Positions 19,079 to 26,770 of a stretch of 39,703 nt of DNA are shown piece by piece (the first letter of the stretch is position 1; every line of letters begins with the position of its first letter). Origin of the DNA: a virus (Duplodnaviria > Caudoviricetes); the IMG/VR virus record IMGVR_UViG_3300020045_009352, positions 1 through 39,703 of that record; one strand, given 5' to 3'. The notes beneath the pieces are model-generated. The model ran no database searches, was not told the origin of the DNA, and was given only the letters and a program-made list of their open reading frames with translations. A program made the position numbers and the translations under genes.

Positions 19079-19324
19079 ATGAAAAAAACATTTAAAGATC
19101 TACAGAAAGCAATTAGCCTTATAAACGAGTGTAACGCTGAAATAGCAAATATCCAAACCCTGCCATACTACAAAATACAAGGTTCGGAAGCCGAAAGGCA
19201 GCAAGATATTGCGGCTCTTAGAAACAGGATTGAAAACCTCGAAATTGAGAAACTGGCTTTGATAAACAAAATGCAAAGCGAGCTTGAACAAATGAAATAC
19301 GCTACCCATGTTACGGCTGCTTAA
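19079..19324 (+). CDS. Early coiled-coil hypothetical protein
   Basis: Heptad pattern; operon context. Confidence 0.7.
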   Translation: MKKTFKDLQKAISLINECNAEIANIQTLPYYKIQGSEAERQQDIAALRNRIENLEIEKLALINKMQSELEQMKYATHVTAA

Positions 19325-19436
19325 CTACGATAAGTCTTTCATTCCTGCTAAAAGGCTGTATAAAAGAAAGCCCTTTACTAAAGTGGCTTATCAATCAGGG
19401 AACCAAGTGTTAGAATTTATAATCAGTAATAATTAA
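19308..19436 (+). CDS. Small ORF, 42 aa (MLRLLNYDKSF...), not in the track
   Basis: Fills the gap between neighbours; overlaps the upstream gene end. Confidence 0.45.
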   Translation: MLRLLNYDKSFIPAKRLYKRKPFTKVAYQSGNQVLEFIISNN

Positions 19437-19440
19437 CCGT

Positions 19441-19590
19441 ATGAATACAGACTTTACCCCCGCTATACCTGCTTTAGTAATGTTTACCATAGCAATAAGC
19501 ACTGGTTTTATAGCCTCCTTTTTTATATGGCTTCACGCTAAAAAAGCGAACAAAGAATATTTGAAAAACAACCCACGCAATGATAAATAG
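19441..19590 (+). CDS. Small single-TM protein, 49 aa, not in the track
   Basis: MNTDFTPAIPALVMFTIAISTGFIASFFIWLHAKK...; hydrophobic helix followed by a basic tail. Confidence 0.6.
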   Translation: MNTDFTPAIPALVMFTIAISTGFIASFFIWLHAKKANKEYLKNNPRNDK

Positions 19591-19861
19591 TGAAGAAAAT
19601 TACGGTAAGCCAATCAGTGAACAACTTGCTGAATATTTAAAGACTTACACCGACAATAATGATAGGGCAAATGTAGCCGCTAAAACAGGAGTAAGCATTT
19701 CAACCATCAGAGATGTAACCTACAGGGCAAACAACCTTACAGAAAGCAACGCTGTAGCTATAGTAGAATTAATGCGTGTAGCGGTCGCAAACTGCACCCA
19801 TAAGATAGAACACGGTAAACGCGCTAAAAAAGATTTAGAATCTCAAATCGCTGCCGTATGA
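19580..19861 (+). CDS. Cro-like HTH protein
   Basis: RANVAAKTGVSISTIRDV HTH. Confidence 0.65.
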   Translation: MINSEENYGKPISEQLAEYLKTYTDNNDRANVAAKTGVSISTIRDVTYRANNLTESNAVAIVELMRVAVANCTHKIEHGKRAKKDLESQIAAV

Positions 19862-20088
19862 AAATGATAGAAATACCTGAAAGTGAATACAAAGAGTATT
19901 TAAACTTAAAGGAAGAGGTTAACAGCTTGAGGGAGCTTGTAGGTCAGTTTATAGGTAAAGCCACTAAACTGATGCCCAGGAAGAGGGGGGCGAAGGAGTT
20001 GCCCCCCACACTCCGGGAGGTTGAAAAGGTTGCCAAAATGACCCAAAAAGAAAAGATAGAACATATTAAAAGAAAATTCGGTCAATAA
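19858..20088 (+). CDS. Hypothetical protein
   Basis: ATGA-coupled to the upstream gene. Confidence 0.65.
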   Translation: MKMIEIPESEYKEYLNLKEEVNSLRELVGQFIGKATKLMPRKRGAKELPPTLREVEKVAKMTQKEKIEHIKRKFGQ

Positions 20089-20140
20089 AAAAACCCGGTT
20101 GCACCCGGGGTAAAATAAATTTTTAATCAAAACAAAGTTA
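20087..20140 (-). promoter_or_regulatory. Antisense promoter motif plus terminator (possible ~40-nt RNA)
   Basis: Minus-strand TAACTTTG at 20133-20140; CCCGG/CCGGG hairpin (20094-20109) followed by U7 on the minus strand. Confidence 0.45.
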
Positions 20141-20148
20141 CAAAAATT

Positions 20149-20577
20149 ATGGAAAATCAAAACAACGAAACCGTAAAAGCAAATCTTTATCCTAAAGGAG
20201 GAGAAGTTACATTTTTAATGCCGTCTACTAATGCCATAGCAAAATTAAAAGACGCTAAAAAAGGCCGCGAACTTACCATGAAATACCGCACTAAAGAGGA
20301 GTGGTTTGCTATGGTTGACCAACCTGAAAGATGTTTCTTTTTAGGCTTAAAAGAAGCTCCAGACGACAAAGGTAATACGTTCTACATAGCCAAGCTATCG
20401 AACGGGGATAAAACATTTGTGTGTGCCCAAACAATCCTTATACAAGCGTTGAGCCAAGTCCCATTTGGTCAGGGTGTAGAAATTACCTGCACCGGTTCTG
20501 TAAAAACGAACGGTAACAACATACCTACGTTTGAGGTTATCGACCTTGAGATAAATATTCTCGATGGATCTGAATAA
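20149..20577 (+). CDS. Hypothetical protein, possible OB-fold ssDNA-binding/annealing partner
   Basis: Beta-rich C-half; directly upstream of the exonuclease. Confidence 0.45.
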   Translation: MENQNNETVKANLYPKGGEVTFLMPSTNAIAKLKDAKKGRELTMKYRTKEEWFAMVDQPERCFFLGLKEAPDDKGNTFYIAKLSNGDKTFVCAQTILIQALSQVPFGQGVEITCTGSVKTNGNNIPTFEVIDLEINILDGSE

Positions 20578-21262
20578 AGATACTATAGCACAGCTAAGGG
20601 CGGAGCATGAGGCCGCCCTTGCTAAAATGAATAAGGTTAAGCGTGAAGATGAGCAGCGTAGTAAAGAATGGTACGAAATGCGCCGTGGCCGCTTCACGGC
20701 TTCTGAAATTCATAAGTTAATGGGTATACAAGGAATGGGCGCAACAGGCGAAACCTATTGTTTTGAGAAAGCCGCTGAAATAGTTTTCGGTATCGATGAG
20801 GATGATTTTACCTCGTGGGACATGAAACGCGGTATTGAACTTGAGCCCAAAGCTTTTGCTAAATTCAAAGAGCTAAAGGCAGCTAAAGGTGTTGAGGTTA
20901 AAGAAGCTTTCTTTTTTCCTTATACCAATGATGCCGGAGCCAGTCCTGACGGATTAGTTGAAGATGATGCGTGCGTTGAAATTAAATGCCCTAAGCCCAA
21001 TAAGTTTTTCAAGCTTATTAAAGATGGCGTTAAAGCTATTGATAAAGAATACTTATGGCAGATGCAAAAACAGATGCTTGCTTCTAACTCAAAACGCTGC
21101 TACTTTTTTAATTACATAATCTTTAACGGTGTTGAGATGTGGCATGAGATAATAGTTGAGCGCGACGAAGCTATGATTGAAAAAATCAAAGAGCGTTTAG
21201 CGCCAGCTGTAAAACTAAGAAATGAATTTGTACAATATCTGACCGAAAAAAAACAGTTTTAA
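20564..21262 (+). CDS. YqaJ/lambda-exonuclease family protein
   Basis: EWYEMRRGRFTASE, GIELEP, GASPDG, EIKCP and Y.WQMQ motifs. Confidence 0.92.
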   Translation: MDLNKDTIAQLRAEHEAALAKMNKVKREDEQRSKEWYEMRRGRFTASEIHKLMGIQGMGATGETYCFEKAAEIVFGIDEDDFTSWDMKRGIELEPKAFAKFKELKAAKGVEVKEAFFFPYTNDAGASPDGLVEDDACVEIKCPKPNKFFKLIKDGVKAIDKEYLWQMQKQMLASNSKRCYFFNYIIFNGVEMWHEIIVERDEAMIEKIKERLAPAVKLRNEFVQYLTEKKQF

Positions 21263-21675
21263 TGAAAGTCTACTTAGTCAAGCAACTATCCGGCCAGTTC
21301 AAGTTAGCAGATGGCACTGACTATGAAAAAGCTAAAAAAATAAAGCTTAATGAGATTTACGAATGTGAGATAAAGCAGCCCCGTAACCTCAAGTTTCATA
21401 GAAAGTTTTTTGCCTTGCTAACGATGGTTTTCGAGAACCAGGAGCAGTACACTAACATGGAACACCTGCGTAAAGATTTGATTATTGCGGCCGGGCATTA
21501 TGATTTACGTTACAATTTCGACGGCCTTGAAATCTGCGAAGCAAAATCAATCTCCTTTGCTAAAATGACAGAAGACGAATTTGGAGAGTTATACAACTCG
21601 GTTATAGATGTGATAGTAAAATACTTTCATTTTGACCGGGAAGAGATATTACAAAACATAGAGCAATTTTTTTAA
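21262..21675 (+). CDS. DUF1367-like (NinB-like) protein
   Basis: PRNLKFHRKFFALL and KSISFAKM.EDEF motifs. Confidence 0.75.
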   Translation: MKVYLVKQLSGQFKLADGTDYEKAKKIKLNEIYECEIKQPRNLKFHRKFFALLTMVFENQEQYTNMEHLRKDLIIAAGHYDLRYNFDGLEICEAKSISFAKMTEDEFGELYNSVIDVIVKYFHFDREEILQNIEQFF

Positions 21676-21686
21676 AACAAACAATT

Positions 21687-22460
21687 ATGAAACCAAGAAA
21701 AATACAGGGTAATTTAATTATTACAGTAGAGAATCAGAACGAATATAAAGATATAACAGAAGTATCAAGCTCCATCTACGTAAGCGAGAATGCTACACTA
21801 ACCGCACCGGCCTTAACAGAAGTATCAGGCTACATCGACGTAAGGGCGAATGCTACACTAACCGCACCGGCCTTAACAGAAGTATCAGGCTCCATCGACG
21901 TAAGCGAGAATGCTACACTAACCGCACCGGCCTTAACAGAAGTATCAAGCTCCATCTACGTAAGCGAGAATGCTACACTAACCGCACCGGCCTTAACAGT
22001 AAGCGATAATACTGCTAAAATAGGGGGTAAAACTTATGAAGTCACCCGTTACGATGGGCTTATGTTTTTAGTTGATAGCTCAAGGACTTCAAAAGGAATA
22101 AAAATACTTTCAGGTATTTACGCCTTAAAAATCACGGATAATAAAGTTGAGTATAAGAGCGGTTTTATTGCCTTAAAAGAAAACTTTACAGCGCACGGAG
22201 AAACTCTTAAAAAAGCTATATCTGACCTGCAGTTTAAATTAGTTTCAGAAAAGCTTAAAAACGAACCAATACTACCTGATACTATTATCAATGATAATTA
22301 CTACAGGCTTGTTACTGGCGCGTGTGAAATGGGAGTTAAGGAATGGCGAAAACAAAACGGCATTATACAAGACGAAATTACAGCAAAAGATTTGCTGCCT
22401 ATCTTGGAAAAATCAAATGCTTACGGCTTAGAGAAATTTAAAACCTTAATAGATTTTTAA
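21687..22460 (+). CDS. Solenoid-repeat protein with conserved phage C-terminal domain
   Basis: Four 20-aa repeats (TEVSxxIxVxxNATLTAPAL); C-terminal AHGETLK.A..DL.FK and YRLVTGAC..G motifs. Confidence 0.75.
   Translation: MKPRKIQGNLIITVENQNEYKDITEVSSSIYVSENATLTAPALTEVSGYIDVRANATLTAPALTEVSGSIDVSENATLTAPALTEVSSSIYVSENATLTAPALTVSDNTAKIGGKTYEVTRYDGLMFLVDSSRTSKGIKILSGIYALKITDNKVEYKSGFIALKENFTAHGETLKKAISDLQFKLVSEKLKNEPILPDTIINDNYYRLVTGACEMGVKEWRKQNGIIQDEITAKDLLPILEKSNAYGLEKFKTLIDF
21754..21999 (+). repeat. 60-bp tandem repeat, 4.1 copies
   Basis: Units start at 21754, 21814, 21874 and 21934; units 1 and 4 are identical. Confidence 0.97.
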
Positions 22461-22461
22461 A

Positions 22462-22737
22462 ATGACAATCACAGGAACAATTGAAAGCATAGAGTATCGT
22501 AACACGGTAGGCCACGAAAAAAAGGTTGTGACGATTATTCCTGACGAAAAACAGCAGTTTTTTAATTTGCAGCAAAGGCTTTTTGTTGAGTTTAGAGGCA
22601 AAAGTATAGCGCTTTTAAATAAAATAGAAGAAAATGACATTGTGACTATTGCCTTTGATTTTGACGGAAAAACTTCTGAAAGGACAGGTATTCAATTCAA
22701 CAACCTAAATGCGTATGCTTTAAGTAGAAAAAAATGA
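22462..22737 (+). CDS. DUF3127-like OB-fold protein
   Basis: MTITGTI...VEFRGK..LL..I..ND.V.I.FD..G...FNNL.AY pattern. Confidence 0.65.
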   Translation: MTITGTIESIEYRNTVGHEKKVVTIIPDEKQQFFNLQQRLFVEFRGKSIALLNKIEENDIVTIAFDFDGKTSERTGIQFNNLNAYALSRKK

Positions 22738-23339
22738 ACATACCAATAAAAGAAAAACCCTGCAAAGGTACCGGGCAGGCTCATGGTTACGGGTGCGGAA
22801 AATTAACTAAAAACCACACCTATGGCCTTTGCCAAATGAAGTGTTACCCTGACTGGCTGTTGAATTCAGAACCTGGAAAAGTGAAATTGAGTAAATCAAT
22901 ATTTCAGGCGCAAAAACCACGCTTAGACTTCGAGAAAGTTCAGGTAGAACACAGGGAAGAATCTGCACTTAACAGGGCTAAGAAGCTGACAAAAACAGTT
23001 GTTCATGCTTACATACGCCAAAGGGATGCCGGTAAGCCCTGTATAAGTTGTAGCGAACCGTGGCGGCCAGACTTTCAGGCCGGGCATTACCACAAGTCAG
23101 AACTGTATGAGACTTTGAAATTTAATTTAGATAACATACATGGCCAGTGCGTAGGGTGCAATATTCATAAGGATGGAAACCTTGAGCAGTATAACATTAA
23201 CCTGCCATTGAGAATAGGCGCTGAACGCTTTGCAAACTTGCAGGGGTTAGCCCAGATCGACAAACATCAGGTTAAGGTATGGAATGTAGAGAATTTAAAA
23301 ATAATACGGGAGACCGTGAAAAAATTAAACAAGCAATGA
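22734..23339 (+). CDS. NinG/Rap-like endonuclease
   Basis: YIRQRD..PCISC, QAGHY and NIHGQCVGCN motifs. Confidence 0.88.
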   Translation: MNIPIKEKPCKGTGQAHGYGCGKLTKNHTYGLCQMKCYPDWLLNSEPGKVKLSKSIFQAQKPRLDFEKVQVEHREESALNRAKKLTKTVVHAYIRQRDAGKPCISCSEPWRPDFQAGHYHKSELYETLKFNLDNIHGQCVGCNIHKDGNLEQYNINLPLRIGAERFANLQGLAQIDKHQVKVWNVENLKIIRETVKKLNKQ

Positions 23340-23584
23340 ATTATAAAATTAAAGGTTTAGTGGTTGCTGTAGGAAATATTACAACCACAAAATTAGGCAC
23401 AGCGGTGCAGCAACTGCATTTTGAGCAGGAAACCGGCAGGATGTTTTACCCGTCGGCATTAGGAACAAAAATAGAACTGCTAACCGATGTTTCGCCCGGT
23501 GATGTATGTGAGATTGAATTTCATATTTCAGGCTCAAAAGGGACGTACAACAACGTGATTATTGATAATATAGTAAGGATATGA
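23336..23584 (+). CDS. Second small OB-fold (DUF3127-like) protein
   Basis: ATG 23336 overlaps the NinG TGA; MNYKIKG.V...GD.CEIEF.ISG....YN pattern. Confidence 0.55.
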   Translation: MNYKIKGLVVAVGNITTTKLGTAVQQLHFEQETGRMFYPSALGTKIELLTDVSPGDVCEIEFHISGSKGTYNNVIIDNIVRI

Positions 23585-23590
23585 TACGCC

Positions 23591-24373
23591 ATGGCTGATA
23601 ACAAAAAATCATTTGTAGCATATGTAGACTGGAAAAATACATTTGATATGCTAAACGATACCGAAGCTGGCCAACTTGTAAAGCACCTTTTATCTTATGT
23701 AAACGACGAAAATCCAGAGCTAAATGATAGATATCTAAAGCTTGCATTCGAGCCTATTAAGCTACAGTTAAAGAGGGATTTACAAAAGTATGAAACAGTA
23801 AAAGAGAAGCGTTCAGAAGCAGGAAAAAAGAGTGCAGAAATTAAGAAACAAAATGCATCAAATTCAACACATGTTGAAAGTGTTGAACAAAATCAACAAG
23901 CTTCAACAAATTCAACTGTAAATGATAATGATACTGTTAATGTAAATGATACTGTAAATGATACTGTAACTGATATTCTTTTAAAAAAAGAAACAAAAGA
24001 TATTCCTGTCATTTTCAATTTCAAAAAAAGTTTATTAGAAACAGGGGCTGATGAAAAGTTGATTGATGACTGGCTAAAAGTCAGAACCAAAAAAAAAGCC
24101 ACCAATTCAGAAACGGCATTTAATTTATTCAACAACGAGCTTAAGAAAAGTAACACGCCGGTTAACGACATCCTGATTCTTTGCATAAAAAAAGACTGGA
24201 AAGGATTTCAAGCATCATGGCTAACAACTGAACAATATGGAAAACCACCACCAAATAGCAACACAACATCAAATACCGGTCAGGGTTACAGGCCTGCAAG
24301 TGTCAATACCGGAGAGCTTGTACAAGAGCTTACCAACGATCTTGCAAATGGAGATATCCCAGGCAAATATTAG
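23591..24373 (+). CDS. Replication initiator (DUF6291-type N-terminus, lambda O-like architecture)
   Basis: KKSFVAY.DW...L...EAGQL...Y, RSEAGKK, internal low-complexity iteron region, and a W...R.KK..WKGF C-domain. Confidence 0.8.
   Translation: MADNKKSFVAYVDWKNTFDMLNDTEAGQLVKHLLSYVNDENPELNDRYLKLAFEPIKLQLKRDLQKYETVKEKRSEAGKKSAEIKKQNASNSTHVESVEQNQQASTNSTVNDNDTVNVNDTVNDTVTDILLKKETKDIPVIFNFKKSLLETGADEKLIDDWLKVRTKKKATNSETAFNLFNNELKKSNTPVNDILILCIKKDWKGFQASWLTTEQYGKPPPNSNTTSNTGQGYRPASVNTGELVQELTNDLANGDIPGKY
23858..23975. repeat. Putative replication origin iterons inside the initiator gene
   Basis: TTCAACA-CA-TGTTGAA dyad (23863-23878); TCAAC at 23893, 23903 and 23912; then ACTGTAAATGAT-type repeats. 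Confidence 0.65.
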
Positions 24374-25091
24374 CAACAGCCTTGTTGAGACAAAAACCAA
24401 GCTTACTGATGATTTATTCCGGTTGATGCAGGTAAGGGACAAAAACAAAGACATGGCTAAAGACTGGCTGCTTTACCTAACCACCTCTAAATTTTGCAAG
24501 CTAACACCCGGAGAAGTCTATAAAGCCTTTCAGATGGCTGTATCAGGCGATTTAAGAAAAGAAAACGGAGAGATGATATACTTTACTCACGAGTTAAGCA
24601 TTATCGCAACAGGGATGGTCTTAGATGCTTATTTGAAATATAAAAATGATGATGCTGTTTACCAGCTTGCGAAAGATAAATTAAAGCAATTAGCATTGCC
24701 GGATATTTCAGAACCATCAGATGAGCAAAAGAAAACAATCCGGGAAGGTTTTTTGAAAGTAATATATCAGGAAATAAAAACAGATGGTTACAGCCACGGA
24801 GCGCACCTCCTGTTTTTAGAACTTGAAAAATCAGGCAAATTGATAATTTCTATCGAAGATAAAAAAAAGCTATATGCAGAGCAGTTGAAAATTTATATCC
24901 CAAACGAGCAGGAAGATATAAAATCGAAAAGATCTCTTAGTACAAAACATCTTCTTAAAGAATTCAGGGATAAAATAAATTCAGGTAAGTCTATTGTGCA
25001 AGTTGTAAATAAGTGCCGGAGCATAAGCGTATGTAATTACTTGAAAGATTTTGTTAGCGATTTTGAAACATTTAATAAAGAAATCCAATGA
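24237..25091 (+). CDS. Replication-associated protein (helicase-loader position)
   Basis: Directly follows and overlaps the initiator; start uncertain (24237 or a later ATG). Confidence 0.55.
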   Translation: MENHHQIATQHQIPVRVTGLQVSIPESLYKSLPTILQMEISQANISNSLVETKTKLTDDLFRLMQVRDKNKDMAKDWLLYLTTSKFCKLTPGEVYKAFQMAVSGDLRKENGEMIYFTHELSIIATGMVLDAYLKYKNDDAVYQLAKDKLKQLALPDISEPSDEQKKTIREGFLKVIYQEIKTDGYSHGAHLLFLELEKSGKLIISIEDKKKLYAEQLKIYIPNEQEDIKSKRSLSTKHLLKEFRDKINSGKSIVQVVNKCRSISVCNYLKDFVSDFETFNKEIQ

Positions 25092-25420
25092 AAGAAGTCG
25101 TTAAAATCGTTGCTGAATACTACAAACTACCAGTGTTTGCGATTTATCAAACTACCCGGGCCCGGCAAATAGTATCAGCAAGGAAAGTAGCCATGTACCT
25201 GATACGCGAAAATTCAAAGCTGCCTTTTGCCGACATAGGGAAGTTCTTTGAAAAAGACCATGCTACAGTTATTCACGCATGTAATTCTGTAAAAGCGCAT
25301 AGCGAGGTTTACCCTGCTTTTGCTTCTGATATAAGTTTCCTGCTTGAATATACTGCTACTGTAAAGTTTGAGACACCATGCCACCTAATGCACTTTAGAC
25401 CACAATTTAATATAAAATAA
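25088..25420 (+). CDS. Stand-alone DnaA domain IV (Bac_DnaA_C) HTH protein
   Basis: R.RQIV.ARKVAMYL.RE...F.DIG.FF.KDHATVIHA signature. Confidence 0.85.
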   Translation: MKEVVKIVAEYYKLPVFAIYQTTRARQIVSARKVAMYLIRENSKLPFADIGKFFEKDHATVIHACNSVKAHSEVYPAFASDISFLLEYTATVKFETPCHLMHFRPQFNIK

Positions 25421-25421
25421 A

Positions 25422-25631
25422 ATGAGTTTAGATAAAACAAAAGCTTTCTTAGAGAAAGCTATCGAAGGACTTCAGGATGAAATTAACCAACTTGAAAAAA
25501 CAAACTTCATACTCGATGGCGCTCATGCCAATATCCGCACGCAAACAGCAATCGAAGATTTATTCGACAACCTGGATTACATCGCGATAGAAGATTTAGA
25601 AACTTTTATAAACACCCACAAGAAAATATGA
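25422..25631 (+). CDS. Hypothetical protein
   Basis: Coupled ORF. Confidence 0.65.
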   Translation: MSLDKTKAFLEKAIEGLQDEINQLEKTNFILDGAHANIRTQTAIEDLFDNLDYIAIEDLETFINTHKKI

Positions 25632-26740
25632 AATTAACCATCAGCAGTAAATCATTACTCAAAGCATTGCAAACAGTAGGGAGTGTTGTAAACTACAGCC
25701 ATAGCATGCCAATACTTCAAAGCTTTAGTTTTGAGATTACAGACAAATTAAGGATAACCGCTACCGACCTTGATACTACACTATCCTGTGTAATTGACGC
25801 AGAAGGAGAAGGCTCGGTTTGTATCCCTGCAAAACTAATAATTGACACTTTAAAAGCTTTACCTGAACAGCCTATTGAATTATCATCAACAGGATCTGTT
25901 TTGCTTCTTACTGCAAAGTCAGGAAAATATAAGCTGCCATGTTCTGATTTTTCAGAGTTCCCGAAGCCGGTTGAAATAAAAGAACCGTCTGTTATTTCGC
26001 TACCTGCCGAGGTATTATCGGAAGGGTTAAATAAAACTGCGTTCGCTACATCTACCGATGAGTTGCGCCCTATTATGTGTGGGGTACTGTTCAGGGTGGC
26101 TAATAATGGATTAACCTTTGCTGCTACAGACGGACATAAGGTAAGTGAATATAAGAGAACTGATATTCAAAATAGTGAAGATAAAGATTTTGTAATACAT
26201 AAAAAATCAATCAACATTATTAAAAATATGATTGTACAAGGAGATTTAAAAATAGAATACAACTCTATTAATGCTAAATTTATTTTTGATAATTGTGAGT
26301 TCACTACAAGATTATTAGAAGGGAAGTATTTGAACTACGAAGCTGTTATCCCGAAGGATAACCCTATAAAAATTATTGTTTCTAAAAATGATATTATCGG
26401 TAGTTTTAAAAGGGTTGGCATCTTCTCTAACTCAAAAACAAGCGAAATAGCTTTAGATATAACACCCGGCAACATGAATATAAAATCTACTGATTTTGAT
26501 TTCTCTACCGATGCCGAAGAGAATATCGCTATAGATTTCAACGGCGAGCCAATTAGAATAGGCTTTAACCACAAGTTTTTTACAGAGGCGGTTAACAGTA
26601 TGAGCTGCGATGAAATTATAATTGAATTATCAGTACCAAACAGAGCGGCTGTAATTTCTCAAGCAGATGGGCTTGATGAACATGAATCTGTTTTGGTTTT
26701 AGTGATGCCTATGATGCTTACACCAATTAAGCTACAATAA
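25628..26740 (+). CDS. dnaN: DNA polymerase III beta sliding clamp
   Basis: 370 aa with PIL, ATDL, FA.S.DE.RP..GV, ATDGH, LLEGKY.NYE.VIP, IGFN and LVMP motifs. Confidence 0.95.
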   Translation: MKLTISSKSLLKALQTVGSVVNYSHSMPILQSFSFEITDKLRITATDLDTTLSCVIDAEGEGSVCIPAKLIIDTLKALPEQPIELSSTGSVLLLTAKSGKYKLPCSDFSEFPKPVEIKEPSVISLPAEVLSEGLNKTAFATSTDELRPIMCGVLFRVANNGLTFAATDGHKVSEYKRTDIQNSEDKDFVIHKKSINIIKNMIVQGDLKIEYNSINAKFIFDNCEFTTRLLEGKYLNYEAVIPKDNPIKIIVSKNDIIGSFKRVGIFSNSKTSEIALDITPGNMNIKSTDFDFSTDAEENIAIDFNGEPIRIGFNHKFFTEAVNSMSCDEIIIELSVPNRAAVISQADGLDEHESVLVLVMPMMLTPIKLQ

Positions 26741-26770
26741 TATTTGACCTTCGGGAATACCAATTTAAAA

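Noticed and set aside
21754-21999. CRISPR array or DGR template/variable repeat
   Set aside because: No spacers, in-frame coding repeats, and no cas or reverse transcriptase gene in the genome.
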